From positions 105,648,001 to 105,712,000 of the forward strand of contig OZ024740.1 of NCBI GenBank assembly GCA_964016885.1: a DNA stretch of 64,000 nucleotides, written 5' to 3'. The notes below the pieces were generated by a model, which was not told where the DNA came from, searched no databases, and saw only the letters and a program-made list of their open reading frames with translations. Shown here one piece after another: positions 53,497-64,000 of the stretch. A program made the translations under genes and the position numbers. Position 1 is the stretch's first letter, and each line of letters starts with the position of its first letter. Origin of the DNA: Eledone cirrhosa (taxonomy: Eukaryota).

Positions 53497-53534
53497 CGAG
53501 AACAATTGTTTCACCTTAGAGGACCCTCAGCTCG
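53497..53534 (-). ncRNA. Minimal HHR motif in the 3' region of a Penelope-like element (A9G change)
   Basis: CGAG-CUGAGGG-u-CCU-cua-AGG-u-GAAAC-AAUU-GUU/CUCG, on the same strand as and ~170 bp downstream of the PLE ORF. Confidence 0.55.
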
Positions 53535-53704
53535 TAATGTACATAGTTATACGGAACAGGAAGGACAACCGTACGAACGCGCATGAACAGAAATCGGTCA
53601 CTTCACACAGACAATACTAAAATGCGTGCGAGAGGCGTAAGGGAGATAACTGCGAAAGTCAGAAAAGTTTCTAGTTGCTAAGAAAATTATAATGTTGGTG
53701 TAAT

Positions 53705-55245
53705 TCAATCCGGAGCTTTGTAGTTATGCAAGAGGTGTTTCGAGACATGTGGACAACGTGTGAAGAATTCATTTCTCGTGTTTAAGTAATCACTATTGCA
53801 TAATCTCGTTAGAATATTTATTCGTTCATCAATACATAGTCCATACGACGGATTTCCCCTTGCGTATGGCTTGGACTTAGTGATGGCTTTCCATTGAATG
53901 GAGTAGTCTATACTTGAGTCCTTGAGGGACCATGCGTGGTTCACGAATTTCGTGGATGAACGTCTGTCCGGGTACCTAAAGGTCGACTGGTGGTTCAGGA
54001 AACGTTTCTTAAATCGGCCCTCCGCCATACCCACATAGGATTTGACCTCCTGTGGTTGATTTGGTCGGTTGGAAGTGACCATAGCTTCAGAAATTACAGC
54101 GGGTGTGTTGCATTGCTGTTGAAGGGGACAAGTTTCGGGCTTACGGCAAGAGCACCCTGGTGGGGTGTTGCTCCTAGGGCTGCTGGTGATGTGGGACTTC
54201 ATGTTCTTAGCTCAGGAGTATCCTAGTTTTACTTTGTGTCGATTAAAGATGGAGCGGTATTTATGACCTATGGGAAAGTGTCTATCTAAGACGGCTAGAC
54301 ATGTTTTGCCTACATTGGTTTTAAAGTTGAGTGAGAAGGGGGCAGAGAACCAGATAGTTTGTCTATTGTTAAGCTTTCTTTTCTTATTGCTGTTGTTGAT
54401 AGTGGGAGAGGAAGTGATAGGTTGCGAGAAGCCGCTGTTAGCTAACGCCGTGTTATAGTAGGGTGCCGCCCTGTCAAAGATAGCCTTATTAGAGGAGAGG
54501 TTTGAGATTCTAGTACTGATATTATTTACGAAGTTTCTAAAAACAGTGGGAGGCTGGCATGAGTACTTGTGAATGTAATTGAGTTTTTCGTTTAGCTTAT
54601 GGAAGGGTCTGTAGGTGTGTTTGCGAAGGTCTAAATTAATGTCTAAGAAATCTACGCTAGAGAGGTTGGTAGCTACTGTTATCCTAAGTCCTAACTCATT
54701 GAAGGTAGAAGCTAAGTCTTTTTTAAACCGGTCCAGGTCGTGACCACTTTTATGGCTCGATAAGGTCAGTCCATCGTCGCGGTATATTCCCGTGTGGAAG
54801 TCCGGGAATCTAACACGTAATATGTCTAAAATAAATAGGCCAACCAAGTCGCATACGTCAGCTCTGTCAAACGATCCCACGGAGACGTTGAATAGGTCTG
54901 AAGTTGTAGACTTCTTCTCCAAGGCTATTCCGTCGTTGAAGAGGAGGGTTTCCGGCAGTGAGCGATGATTTCCCTGTCTAAACCATCGACGGTGGTGTAA
55001 GTGGTAGCGAAGTCCAACGCTTTGTTTAACAGGGTCTCTGAGATGGACGGGTAAAAGTCGACAATGTCAAACTGTGTGAACTTCGCTTTTGGGGATTTTA
55101 AGGTGTTAAACCACTTAATTACGGAGTCGCTCTTCTCCCACTGGGGCAGGTTGGACTTGGTCCTAATGGTCTTAACTATGTTTCTAAGTATGGCCTTACT
55201 GACTAGTCCCATATTTGTGCGTGCTGGGTTAATTAGTCTACAAGT
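53705..55245 (-). pseudogene. Penelope-like RT plus GIY-YIG endonuclease, 5'-truncated and frameshifted
   Basis: FTQFDIVDFYPSIS, VGSFDRADVCDLVG, GIYRDDGL, VDFLDINLDL, CSCRKPETCPLQQQC, SYVGMAEGRFKKRFLNH, LNTRNEFFTRCPH. Confidence 0.93.
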
Positions 55246-56063
55246 ATATTATTCAAAATATTAATAAATGAAAAATATTCTCATAATCAAAATATTTTTT
55301 TTTAATCAAAATACATATTTTATTATACATATACGGTTTTGATTATTCAATTCCAATAGTGGCAGTATTGGAATTGAATAATCAAAACCGTAGCGGTATG
55401 TCACATATCAAATCTTATATTTTATCTAATGAAGACGTACTTAAACACCATTGTACCTTTGAAATATGTATAATAAAATATATATTTTGATTATGAGAAT
55501 ATTTTAAATTTATTAATATTTTGAATAATATATATATATATATATATGAGAAAAATAGAGAGCTGCGTGGTTGCACATGGGTTACATATGAATAAAATTA
55601 GTCCTTCATCAGTGATCTTCCAACTTTCATTGGTATTTCTTCGCTTTAAAAATCATATACCTCTAGTTAGTGCGAGCAACAAGTAAATAAAGTTATTGGG
55701 ACAAGTAAAATAGGGTGAAACGAGCGAGACATGTAAACAAACAAAGATGGTATTACAACGGAAAGATAGGAAGAGACAAGTACATGATATCTGTAAGCTT
55801 AAGCTTGGTGAATTCATGGACGAGAGATACAGACCATCCGTCATGGGTGAGATGTGAGCGAGAAAAGTATTTCACACAGGTCAAATGGGAGGAAGTGAGA
55901 GAGGGGAGAAGCAGAGAGTGAGTGAGTGGAAGTGTGAGGAAGAGACCAGCCGAGAGAGAGTGTGACTGGCAGAGGGGGTAAAAAGAAGGTGAGAGATACA
56001 GAGAGATACAGAGAGATACAGAGATATACTATATATATATATATATACTATATATATATATAG

Positions 56064-56198
<135 letters not shown>

Positions 56199-56267
56199 TA
56201 TGAAGAGAGAAGAAACATTTAGATATAATTAGTAATAAAATGTATCATACCTAAACTGTTCCTAAAT

Positions 56268-56355
56268 TCCTCGACTACGTAGTTTCGTGGCATAAACAAA
56301 AACAATATATCAAAGATATAGAGTCCTTGCGAGGTCTGCCGACTTATCAAGAGGA
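56268..56355 (-). ncRNA. Type I HHR, U3:A8 variant (copy 1)
   Basis: UCCUC-UUGAUAA-GUcGGCA[..]UGCCAC-GAAAC-UACGUA-GUC/GAGGA. Confidence 0.8.
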
Positions 56356-56858
56356 TACCTCATTTTACTAGTCCCAAGAACGCGTCTACACGACGTGAGA
56401 AAGAATCCCAAAAGGCGGAGGGGGAGATAGTCACGCGATATAACGGTCGAGAAACAGAGCTAAGCCTCTTATAACCACGAAGAAAATACCACGGAGGCGG
56501 AGGGGGTATTCATATCGAGGCCGTAGAAGAGGTAGTGAAGAAGGCGAGAAGTATGAGTAATGGAAGCTTTCCAGTTGTCCCCACACCTCAAAGATTGCTC
56601 GACCAGAGGGAGTTATTAATATATTTAGAAACACACAGATACATGCGGACACACACATATATACATGAATGCATCCGCACCCAACTGTGAGTTAAGGGTG
56701 CCAACTTCACCGATGTTGCTCAATGAATGACTGGGACAGACCAATTCAGTTTGAACCAGACTGAACCAGTATCAGAGTTAAAAATACATTATGAAGAGAG
56801 AAGAAACATTTAGATATAATTAGTAATAAAATGTATCATACCTAAACTGTTCCTAAAT

Positions 56859-56946
56859 TCCTCGACTACGTAGTTTCGTGGCATAAACAAAAACAATATA
56901 TCAAAGATATAGAGTCCTTGCGAGGTCTGCCGACTTATCAAGAGGA
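56859..56946 (-). ncRNA. Type I HHR, U3:A8 variant (copy 2)
   Basis: Same sequence as copy 1, offset by 591 bp. Confidence 0.8.
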
Positions 56947-57449
56947 TACCTCATTTTACTAGTCCCAAGAACGCGTCTACACGACGTGAGAAAGAATCCC
57001 AAAAGGCGGAGGGGGAGATAGTCACGCAATATAACGGTCGAGAAACAGAGCTAAGCCTCTTATAACCACGAAGAAAATACCACGGAGGCGGAGGGGGTAT
57101 TCATATCGAGGCCGTAGAAGAGGTAGTGAAGAAGGCGAGAAGTATGAGTAATGGAAGCTTTCCAGTTGTCCCCACACCTCAAAGATTGCTCGACCAGAGG
57201 GAGTTATTAATATATTTAGAAACACACAGATACATGCGGACACACACATATATACATGAATGCATCCGCACCCAACTGTGAGTTAAGGGTGCCAACTTCA
57301 CCGATGTTGCTCAATGAATGACTGGGACAGACCAATTCAGTTTGAACCAGACTGAACCAGTATCAGAGTTAAAAATACATTATGAAGAGAGAAGAAACAT
57401 TTAGATATAATTAGTAATAAAATGTATCATACCTAAACTGTTCCTAAAT

Positions 57450-57537
57450 TCCTCGACTACGTAGTTTCGTGGCATAAACAAAAACAATATATCAAAGATA
57501 TAGAGTCCTTGCGAGGTCTGCCGACTTATCAAGAGGA
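57450..57537 (-). ncRNA. Type I HHR, U3:A8 variant (copy 3)
   Basis: Same sequence as copy 1, offset by 1182 bp. Confidence 0.8.
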
Positions 57538-58519
57538 TACCTCATTTTACTAGTCCCAAGAACGCGTCTACACGACGTGAGAAAGAATCCCAAAAGGCGG
57601 AGGGGGAGATAGTCACGCGATATAACGGTCGAGAAACAGAGCTAAGCCTCTTATAACCACGAAGAAAATACCACGGAGGCGGAGGGGGTATTCATATCGA
57701 GGCCGTAGAAGAGGTAGTGAAGAAGGCGAGAAGTATGAGTAATGGAAGCTTTCCAGTTGTCCCCACACCTCAAAGATATATATATATATGTATATTTATA
57801 TTATGTAGGGTCACTCTTGAGTGCTACTGGTAACAAGTAACTCAGTACAACCTGTCACATGGTCGGGTTGTCGGCGACTAAACCGGCAACCCCACCAAAT
57901 TTACTTGGTGAGGAGGGTGATTTTGGACACCCTGCAGGCCAAAAAACAAAACCTGAGAAAGGGCGGAAGAACTCATTAGAGTCAACGGCCATCCAAAAGT
58001 GTGTAAATATGTATATACACATGTACATATGTATGTATATGTATATGTGTATATACATGTGTGCATGTGTATATATATGCGCGGGGTCATAGAAATAGTC
58101 AGGCTGGACACTAGATCACGCCGTTAAACCACTGGGATTGAAGGACCCATAGCATTTGTCAGGGCATTCTTCTAGGAGAAGGCAACCCAGGAAACTGTGA
58201 TAACTCCGATATAAAACCTCAGTAGTTACCGATGATGTTGAACTTTTCTTCTTTTCGTGTTATAGGTACTGTCGCTCAGATAGTGGGATTGGCTCAGTGC
58301 ACAGTCTTTCTTCACTTTAAAAAAATCTTTGTGCACAGGCATTGCACGATAGAATTAATTAATAATTATTAATAATGGTATATCGTGCAATGGCCATACT
58401 CGATAACGCGGGGGCAGCCATCATATATATATATAAAATTGAGATGATCGGAACAAGCAAACATTAAACAATCATTTAAATAATTTCAAATACGATTTAA
58501 ATATTCACCTGTACAAAAT

Positions 58520-58598
58520 GCTATTACTGACAGTTTCGCTTTACAAAAGATTGGAAATCCAGAGAATTTCCAACGGAAAGATCAGCTCTTCAGATAGC
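58520..58598 (-). ncRNA. HHR motif with extended stem II
   Basis: GCUAU-CUGAAGA-GCU[..UUGGAAAU/AUUUCCAA..]AGC-GAAAC-U-GUC/aguaAUAGC, inside an element bounded by inverted repeats 58431-58515 and 58835-58917. Confidence 0.55.
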
Positions 58599-59023
58599 TA
58601 TTTCCATTCTATAGGACGTAAAGTCTCACAGTTTGTAAATATATCGCTTACTGCCAGATAGTATGAGGTCAGGCCGTTAAAGTGACCCACACATAAACTG
58701 GCCGTTAGTAAAAGCGGGAATATTATAGATGTGTTGTTTGCCATGCCACTAAAAATAGCAGCAAGGTACAACGTTTTTTTCTCTACACATGGGAGAATAT
58801 ACATGTAAATGAGATCAATATCCCCATAGGTACTGGACAGGTGAATATTTAAATCGTATTTTAAATTATTTAAAAGATTTTTTAATGTTTGCATGTTTCG
58901 CTCATCTCAATTTTATAGTTCTGGTATCTCAAATTAGTACCATTGAACAACATATGTATTATAGACACCCTATATATTTCCGTAGGTACTTAGTACCCGT
59001 GGGTATATTAATCTCATTATATA

Positions 59024-59112
<89 letters not shown>

Positions 59113-59787
59113 GGTCGCAAAAAACATATATATATATATCTATGACTTTGTCTAGTTTGTGTATATATAAATCTTTATATTTGATAATCTCCCATGTGGT
59201 TGAGATGCAATTTAGGCAGTATTTGGCTGCGCTTTCTACCAACAAGTCCAATCGCCGCAAAACACCAATCACAAGCTTTCTGACTTGACCACTGCCACGT
59301 CATAGTTCTTAGCCATTTTGAATTCGTTTCTGGCGGGGATCATTTAAGAAAAATCTTCGTCCAAGTGAGTTTGTTTCCTGATGATTTCGAAACTCGTGAA
59401 TTTATCCTTGATCGAATATTTCCAAAATGCGAATGAAACCTCTTGGGGTAGAAACATAATTTTGGTATGCTTATATACATTTTTTCTTCTAACTTTGATT
59501 TTATAGCTAATTGTGTATGGTTGACGATATATTTAATTGATTTCCACGTGCTATTAGAAATGCTGGGTAAATATTCGATAGTTGTTGATCGCGAATAGAT
59601 AGCTGTAGTTTATTTATCTATTATTTCTTCATAGGTGCCTTTTAATCTTATAGCCTTGTTTAATTGTTTTTTTATGTGGTTGATTATGCTGATTGGGAGA
59701 GGAGATGGTGTATATATTTTATCAAATGATTCTATGGACATACTTTATTGTATATATATATATATATATATATATGGATATATACTG

Positions 59788-59917
<130 letters not shown>

Positions 59918-59928
59918 TGTGTGTGTGT

Positions 59929-59959
<31 letters not shown>

Positions 59960-60150
59960 CGTATGTGTGTGTGTATATATATATATATAGTGAGAAAAAC
60001 CACAACCCCTCCATCTCAATTCTACTTTTGAAAAGCAGAAGAACTGCGAAACCGGGAAAGGAACCAAATAAATATATATAAAAAAAAAAATGCTCCGGTT
60101 GCATTTTCGATTTCATCTTTTTTCCTTACATATATATATATATATATATA

Positions 60151-61102
60151 CAATAAAAATAAATACACAGATACATGCGAACACATATATATACATGCAT
60201 ATACACACACATATCCCTGAATTTGTATGCTGCCAACCTTAATCGTTGTTGCTCTATGATTAATAGGAACAAAATAATCCGAATGAATTAGATTGACTCT
60301 ATATCAGAGCTATATAATACATTATAAAGAAAGAAGAAACATTAGACATAAAAAAAAAAAATATGAATACCCAATATTTCTCTACATTCTCGACTGTACA
60401 GTTTCGTGGCTACTTTGCAAAAACACTACATCATAGAGATGCAGTATTTTTGTGAGGTTTGCAAGCTTAACAAGAGAATACCTCATTTAAAGTTTCAAAA
60501 CACGTCTGTAAGGCGTGGGAGAGAATCCCGGAAATGTGGAGGGGGGGGGGGAGATTATCACGTGATACGGCGGTCAAGAAACAGAGTTAAGCCTCTTACA
60601 ACTAAGAGAAAAATACCACAAATGGCGGAGGGGGCGTTAATATCTAGGCTACAGACGAGGTGGCTAAGGAGGGCTAGGAGTGTAATTAGTGTAAGCTTTA
60701 CCGTAAGGAGTTATAGACAATAAAAAGAAATACACAGATACATGCGAATACATACATATACATGCATATATACACATATATCCCTGAGTTTGTGTGGCCA
60801 TTTGTGGTATTTTTCTCTTGGTTGTAAGAGGCTTAACTCTGTTTCTTGACCGCCGTATCACGTGATAATCTCCACCCCTCCCGCCTTTCCGGGATTCTCT
60901 CCCACGCCTTACGGACGTGTTTTGAAACTTTAAATGAGGTATTCTCTTGATAAGCTGGCAAACTTCACAAAAATATTGCATCTCTATGATGTAGTGTTTT
61001 TCCAAAGAAGCCGCGAAACTGTACAGTCGAGAATGTAGAGAAATATTGGGTATTCATGTTTTTTTTTAATTCATGTCTAATGTTTCTTCTTTATTTATAA
61101 TG

Positions 61103-61108
<6 letters not shown>
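60151..61108. mobile_element. Diverged relative of the 591-bp repeat: ~567-bp unit, partial second unit and inverted partial copy
   Basis: 'caataaaaa.aaatacacagatacatgcg' at 60151 and 60718. 60797-61108 is the reverse complement of ~60315-60625. Many blocks are shared with the 591-bp unit. Confidence 0.85.
60941..61034 (+). ncRNA. Type I HHR, U3:A8 variant, family B (mutated copy at 60386-60479 -)
   Basis: AUUCUC-UUGAUAA-GCuGGC[..]GCCGC-GAAAC-UGUACA-GUC/GAGAAU. Confidence 0.8.
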
Positions 61109-61138
<30 letters not shown>

Positions 61139-61356
61139 AAAGAGAAAAGACAGGTAAGTATTAAGAGAAGTATTTTATCCAGGTATTTACGACCGTTTCA
61201 TTGGTAAGTGCAACCTTATATTGCTATACTGCAAATAGCAGCCACTCAATTATAATTGTTGTTCACAGTCCACATTTTCAAAATAGTGAGATAAACTATA
61301 TACATATATATATATATATATAAAACATGAGAAGAATGAATACTGCGTGGTTGCAG

Positions 61357-61458
<102 letters not shown>

Positions 61459-61614
61459 TAAATGGTTTGTTATGTTATGCTTATATGGTTCGCTTTCCCA
61501 GACTGAAATGTTGATATTTTTTGAAAAGCATTGAGTGAATCTGTGTCAATAGAAGTGAAGTTTTTATCGTTGATTTTTAAAAATTATTGTTAAAGAAATC
61601 ATTATATTTAATAG

Positions 61615-61802
61615 TTATTTCTAATATTGACATAAATCCATAACATTTAAGTGAAGGGAAAAATCGATTGAATCGATTTAAGTACTTGACCGGTACTTTA
61701 TTTAATCGATCTCGAAAAGATACAAGGCAAAATTGACTTAGTAACTAAATACCGCAAAAAGCATCTTGCTCCTCGTGCCACCGGTACTGCCAATCCGCTG
61801 CT
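61615..61802 (-). mobile_element. Degenerate SINE related to family 1
   Basis: 'ggtactttatttaatcgatctcgaaaaga..aaggcaaaattgact..tactgccaatccg'. Confidence 0.6.
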
Positions 61803-61834
61803 CTCTTTATATTTAACAATAAAGAAAATCATTA

Positions 61835-62150
61835 TTATTATGGACTCTGAAATGTGGTGTATTTGTGGGAATCACTTTCGCGTGATCCCTCAAGTTGGCA
61901 AAGCAAAAATGTTTGAGGGAGCATATGCAAGAGAAGCCAAACGTATCGCAGAGGCTCAGAGGAAGCGCTCCGCCCACAAAGCAACGAGTCACATCCACTC
62001 CCACTATTGTACTTATCCACACATTTCCCACATACAAGTGTGGTTTCAGAGCCCAGATTGGCCTCACCTGTCACCTACCCTCCCAAACACATAGCCAAAG
62101 ATACAGCACTCAATATTGAAGCCGTGATCTTTGACTCCGAAAGACAAACA
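61835..62150 (+). pseudogene. 3' end of an RTE-clade LINE
   Basis: EAKRIAEAQRKR..RVTSTPT..KCGFRAQIGLTCHL resembles the RTE C-terminal 'FRARIGLxSHLRTH' zinc-finger-like tail. Confidence 0.6.
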
Positions 62151-63459
62151 ATATATTTGAAAATACTCAAGCTTTTAGACGTTATGAAGTTTGTTTAGTG
62201 CAAAGTTGTTATTCTGGGATTTCGTCTACGCGTATCTTTGACCGCTACATTTATTTTAAAAGATTCATAGTCCGACCAGTATTCAAGCTGGGCTCATCTA
62301 TTTTTGCTTCTGGCATGTTATATACAAGACTGCATTATCCTCTATATTGCCCATTTTTTAAGACGTTATGGAGAATCATGAAGGGGATTTAGCTTTTAAT
62401 GTTAACAGGTCGAAGCTATATCAATTAATGGACGGGAGTAATTACTTATATTCTTTTCTTCACAGATGTATATCTTTGCACTGACAATGATAGAAAGCAA
62501 TATATTTCTTAATTATAGTATATACGGTGATATAAACATTTTTATATGTAGAGGAAAGGAAAGATTCTGAGTAAGAGAGTGTTTGCGTGATTGCGAGAGA
62601 GAAACGGAAAGATATAGTGGAGGAGTGATAAAGATGGCGGTATATTGATAGGTGAATGAATAGGATGACATATACGTGGATAAGGTGACTGATAGATTGT
62701 TTCATGCATAGTAAATTTAAGCCAAATATATATCGATATACATATGAATCTATATAGATGTATAGATCACTGGTGAGATTGACACGGTAAGAAAATGTGG
62801 AAATGTAGAGATATAAATCAGAGAAAAATTGTGGAACTATTAAATTGTTGAGTGAAATGCATGCGAATGGAATAAGTTTCAACAAAAGAATAAACAAAAC
62901 AAAAATAGAATAGGAAAAATAGGTATAAAAACAAAACCAGACACACACCGTAAAAACAGGAAAAACATAATAAAGAAAGTCATAGAAACTATATTGTATT
63001 GGTTTATGAGATGGTGAGGGAAGATGGGATGGAAATAACGTGTGTTGTAAATAAGATTGGTGGAATAATGAAGAAAACAAAACTAAGAAAGTAATGTGAA
63101 ATGGTTAGAAAATTAAAGAAATTATTTGTTGATGAAACAAAATGACTTTTCTGCTTTCAATAATATTTTTGTTTGTTTTTTTGAACGAACATCGTTCAAA
63201 ATGAAGTGCATGTAGTTCATATTAGCGATTTCATAGAGATTGATCTGAGATACAGCTATAATATAAAATAGCGTTAACGATCATATGTTTACTTTTTTTA
63301 AAATTCAGTTAAACTTAAATTACGTTTTTCACATGTCGAGAAAATCTATATTGCTCGTTTAGGTTAGAGGGTTAATACCGCTCACGTGTGAAATGAACTT
63401 GATAATCTAACAGATGCAACAAAGGAAACCTGTTTTAACAAAACGTAATATACGGTGTG

Positions 63460-63785
63460 ATGATGGAGTCTCCGTCGGTTTTGGCGATGATTATTGAATT
63501 GTTCCATCAACTGGATATCTTTAAATTAACGTATAAATGGTGGCTGATTATTCCATTGGCATGTGCACCTATAACGTAATTACTTAAGTTGAATCAACGT
63601 GATACAATATGTGACAAGCGTGAACCTTTCAATTATAGATAAAATCCATCTGACGGGCTTCTGGACTGTTTCCATCTACCCAGTTTTACCCACAAGGCTT
63701 GGACTGGACTAAAACTGTTGCAAAACACTTGCTCCAGGTGGCACTCAGTGAAATAAAACCTGAGATTTCACTACGCCATGCCTGC
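63460..63785 (-). mobile_element. Degenerate family-2 SINE
   Basis: 'gtttccatctacc..cacaaggcttgg..aacacttgctccaggtg' matches the reverse complement of 243-368. Confidence 0.55.
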
Positions 63786-63827
63786 GTCCACAGTCTATGT
63801 ATAGTTAGTTTAAAGAAAGGTCTAGAG

Positions 63828-64000
63828 TAAAGGTTCTCAACGGGGGGCATATGCACCCCCCGGGGGGGCGTTTCGGAACTCCAGGGGGCGTTTGGGAGCA
63901 AGGTCGCGTTAGGGGGGCGTTTGGAGCTGGGGGAGGGGGGTTAGGGGGCGCTGGAAAGCTCTTTATTTTTGTTTTATAAGCCATATTTGTATGTCTTTGA
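63828..64000 (+). mobile_element. Left end of a hAT (Charlie/Buster-like) element, continuing beyond the window
   Basis: GTCTAGAG target-like site followed by (t)AAAGGTTCTCAAC-GGGGGG..CCCCCC and GGGGGCG subterminal repeats. Confidence 0.55.

Noticed and set aside
55600-55615. CUGAUGAAGGAC on the minus strand
   Set aside because: There is no downstream stem II partner or GAAA.
56431-57249. 75-aa ORFs in the 591-bp units
   Set aside because: They have non-ATG starts and no domain, and no equivalent ORF is listed for family B.
57800-58420. Possible RTE 5' UTR with an HDV-like ribozyme
   Set aside because: The resemblance is from memory only, and I could not build the nested double pseudoknot by eye.
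59377-59400. CTGATGA-tttc-GAAAC motif
   Set aside because: No stem II, no NUH site and no stem I. It is compatible with chance.
61185-61290. Possible further U3:A8 HHR (UUGAAAA..GAAAC-G-GUC, minus strand)
   Set aside because: The stems are weak and AT-rich, and there is no second copy for covariation.

Overview
AT-rich, intergenic or intronic eukaryotic DNA made almost entirely of transposable-element debris and simple repeats. The SINE families and (TA)n/(GT)n content resemble octopus/cephalopod genomes, which is an inference from recall. No host protein-coding gene is supportable. The window holds a complete but decayed 6-kb Helitron (Rep-PIF1), a cluster of non-autonomous Helitrons with head-to-tail CTAG|TC junctions, a decayed L1/Tx1-type LINE, RTE fragments, several truncated Penelope-like elements (PLEs), tRNA-derived SINEs, hAT-like ends and a ~16.7-kb GT-rich satellite. 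The main signal not visible in the ORF track is an unusually dense and diverse set of type I hammerhead ribozyme (HHR) motifs read by eye. The best is a non-coding 591-bp tandem repeat (56193-57777) with one HHR per unit, plus a diverged ~567-bp relative (60151-61108). Both carry the rare U3:A8 core (UUGAUAA), a long structured stem II and compensatory changes in the stems, making them candidate circRNA-producing non-LTR retrozymes or solo PLE pseudo-LTR arrays. All ribozyme calls are manual structure inferences; none was computed or tested.
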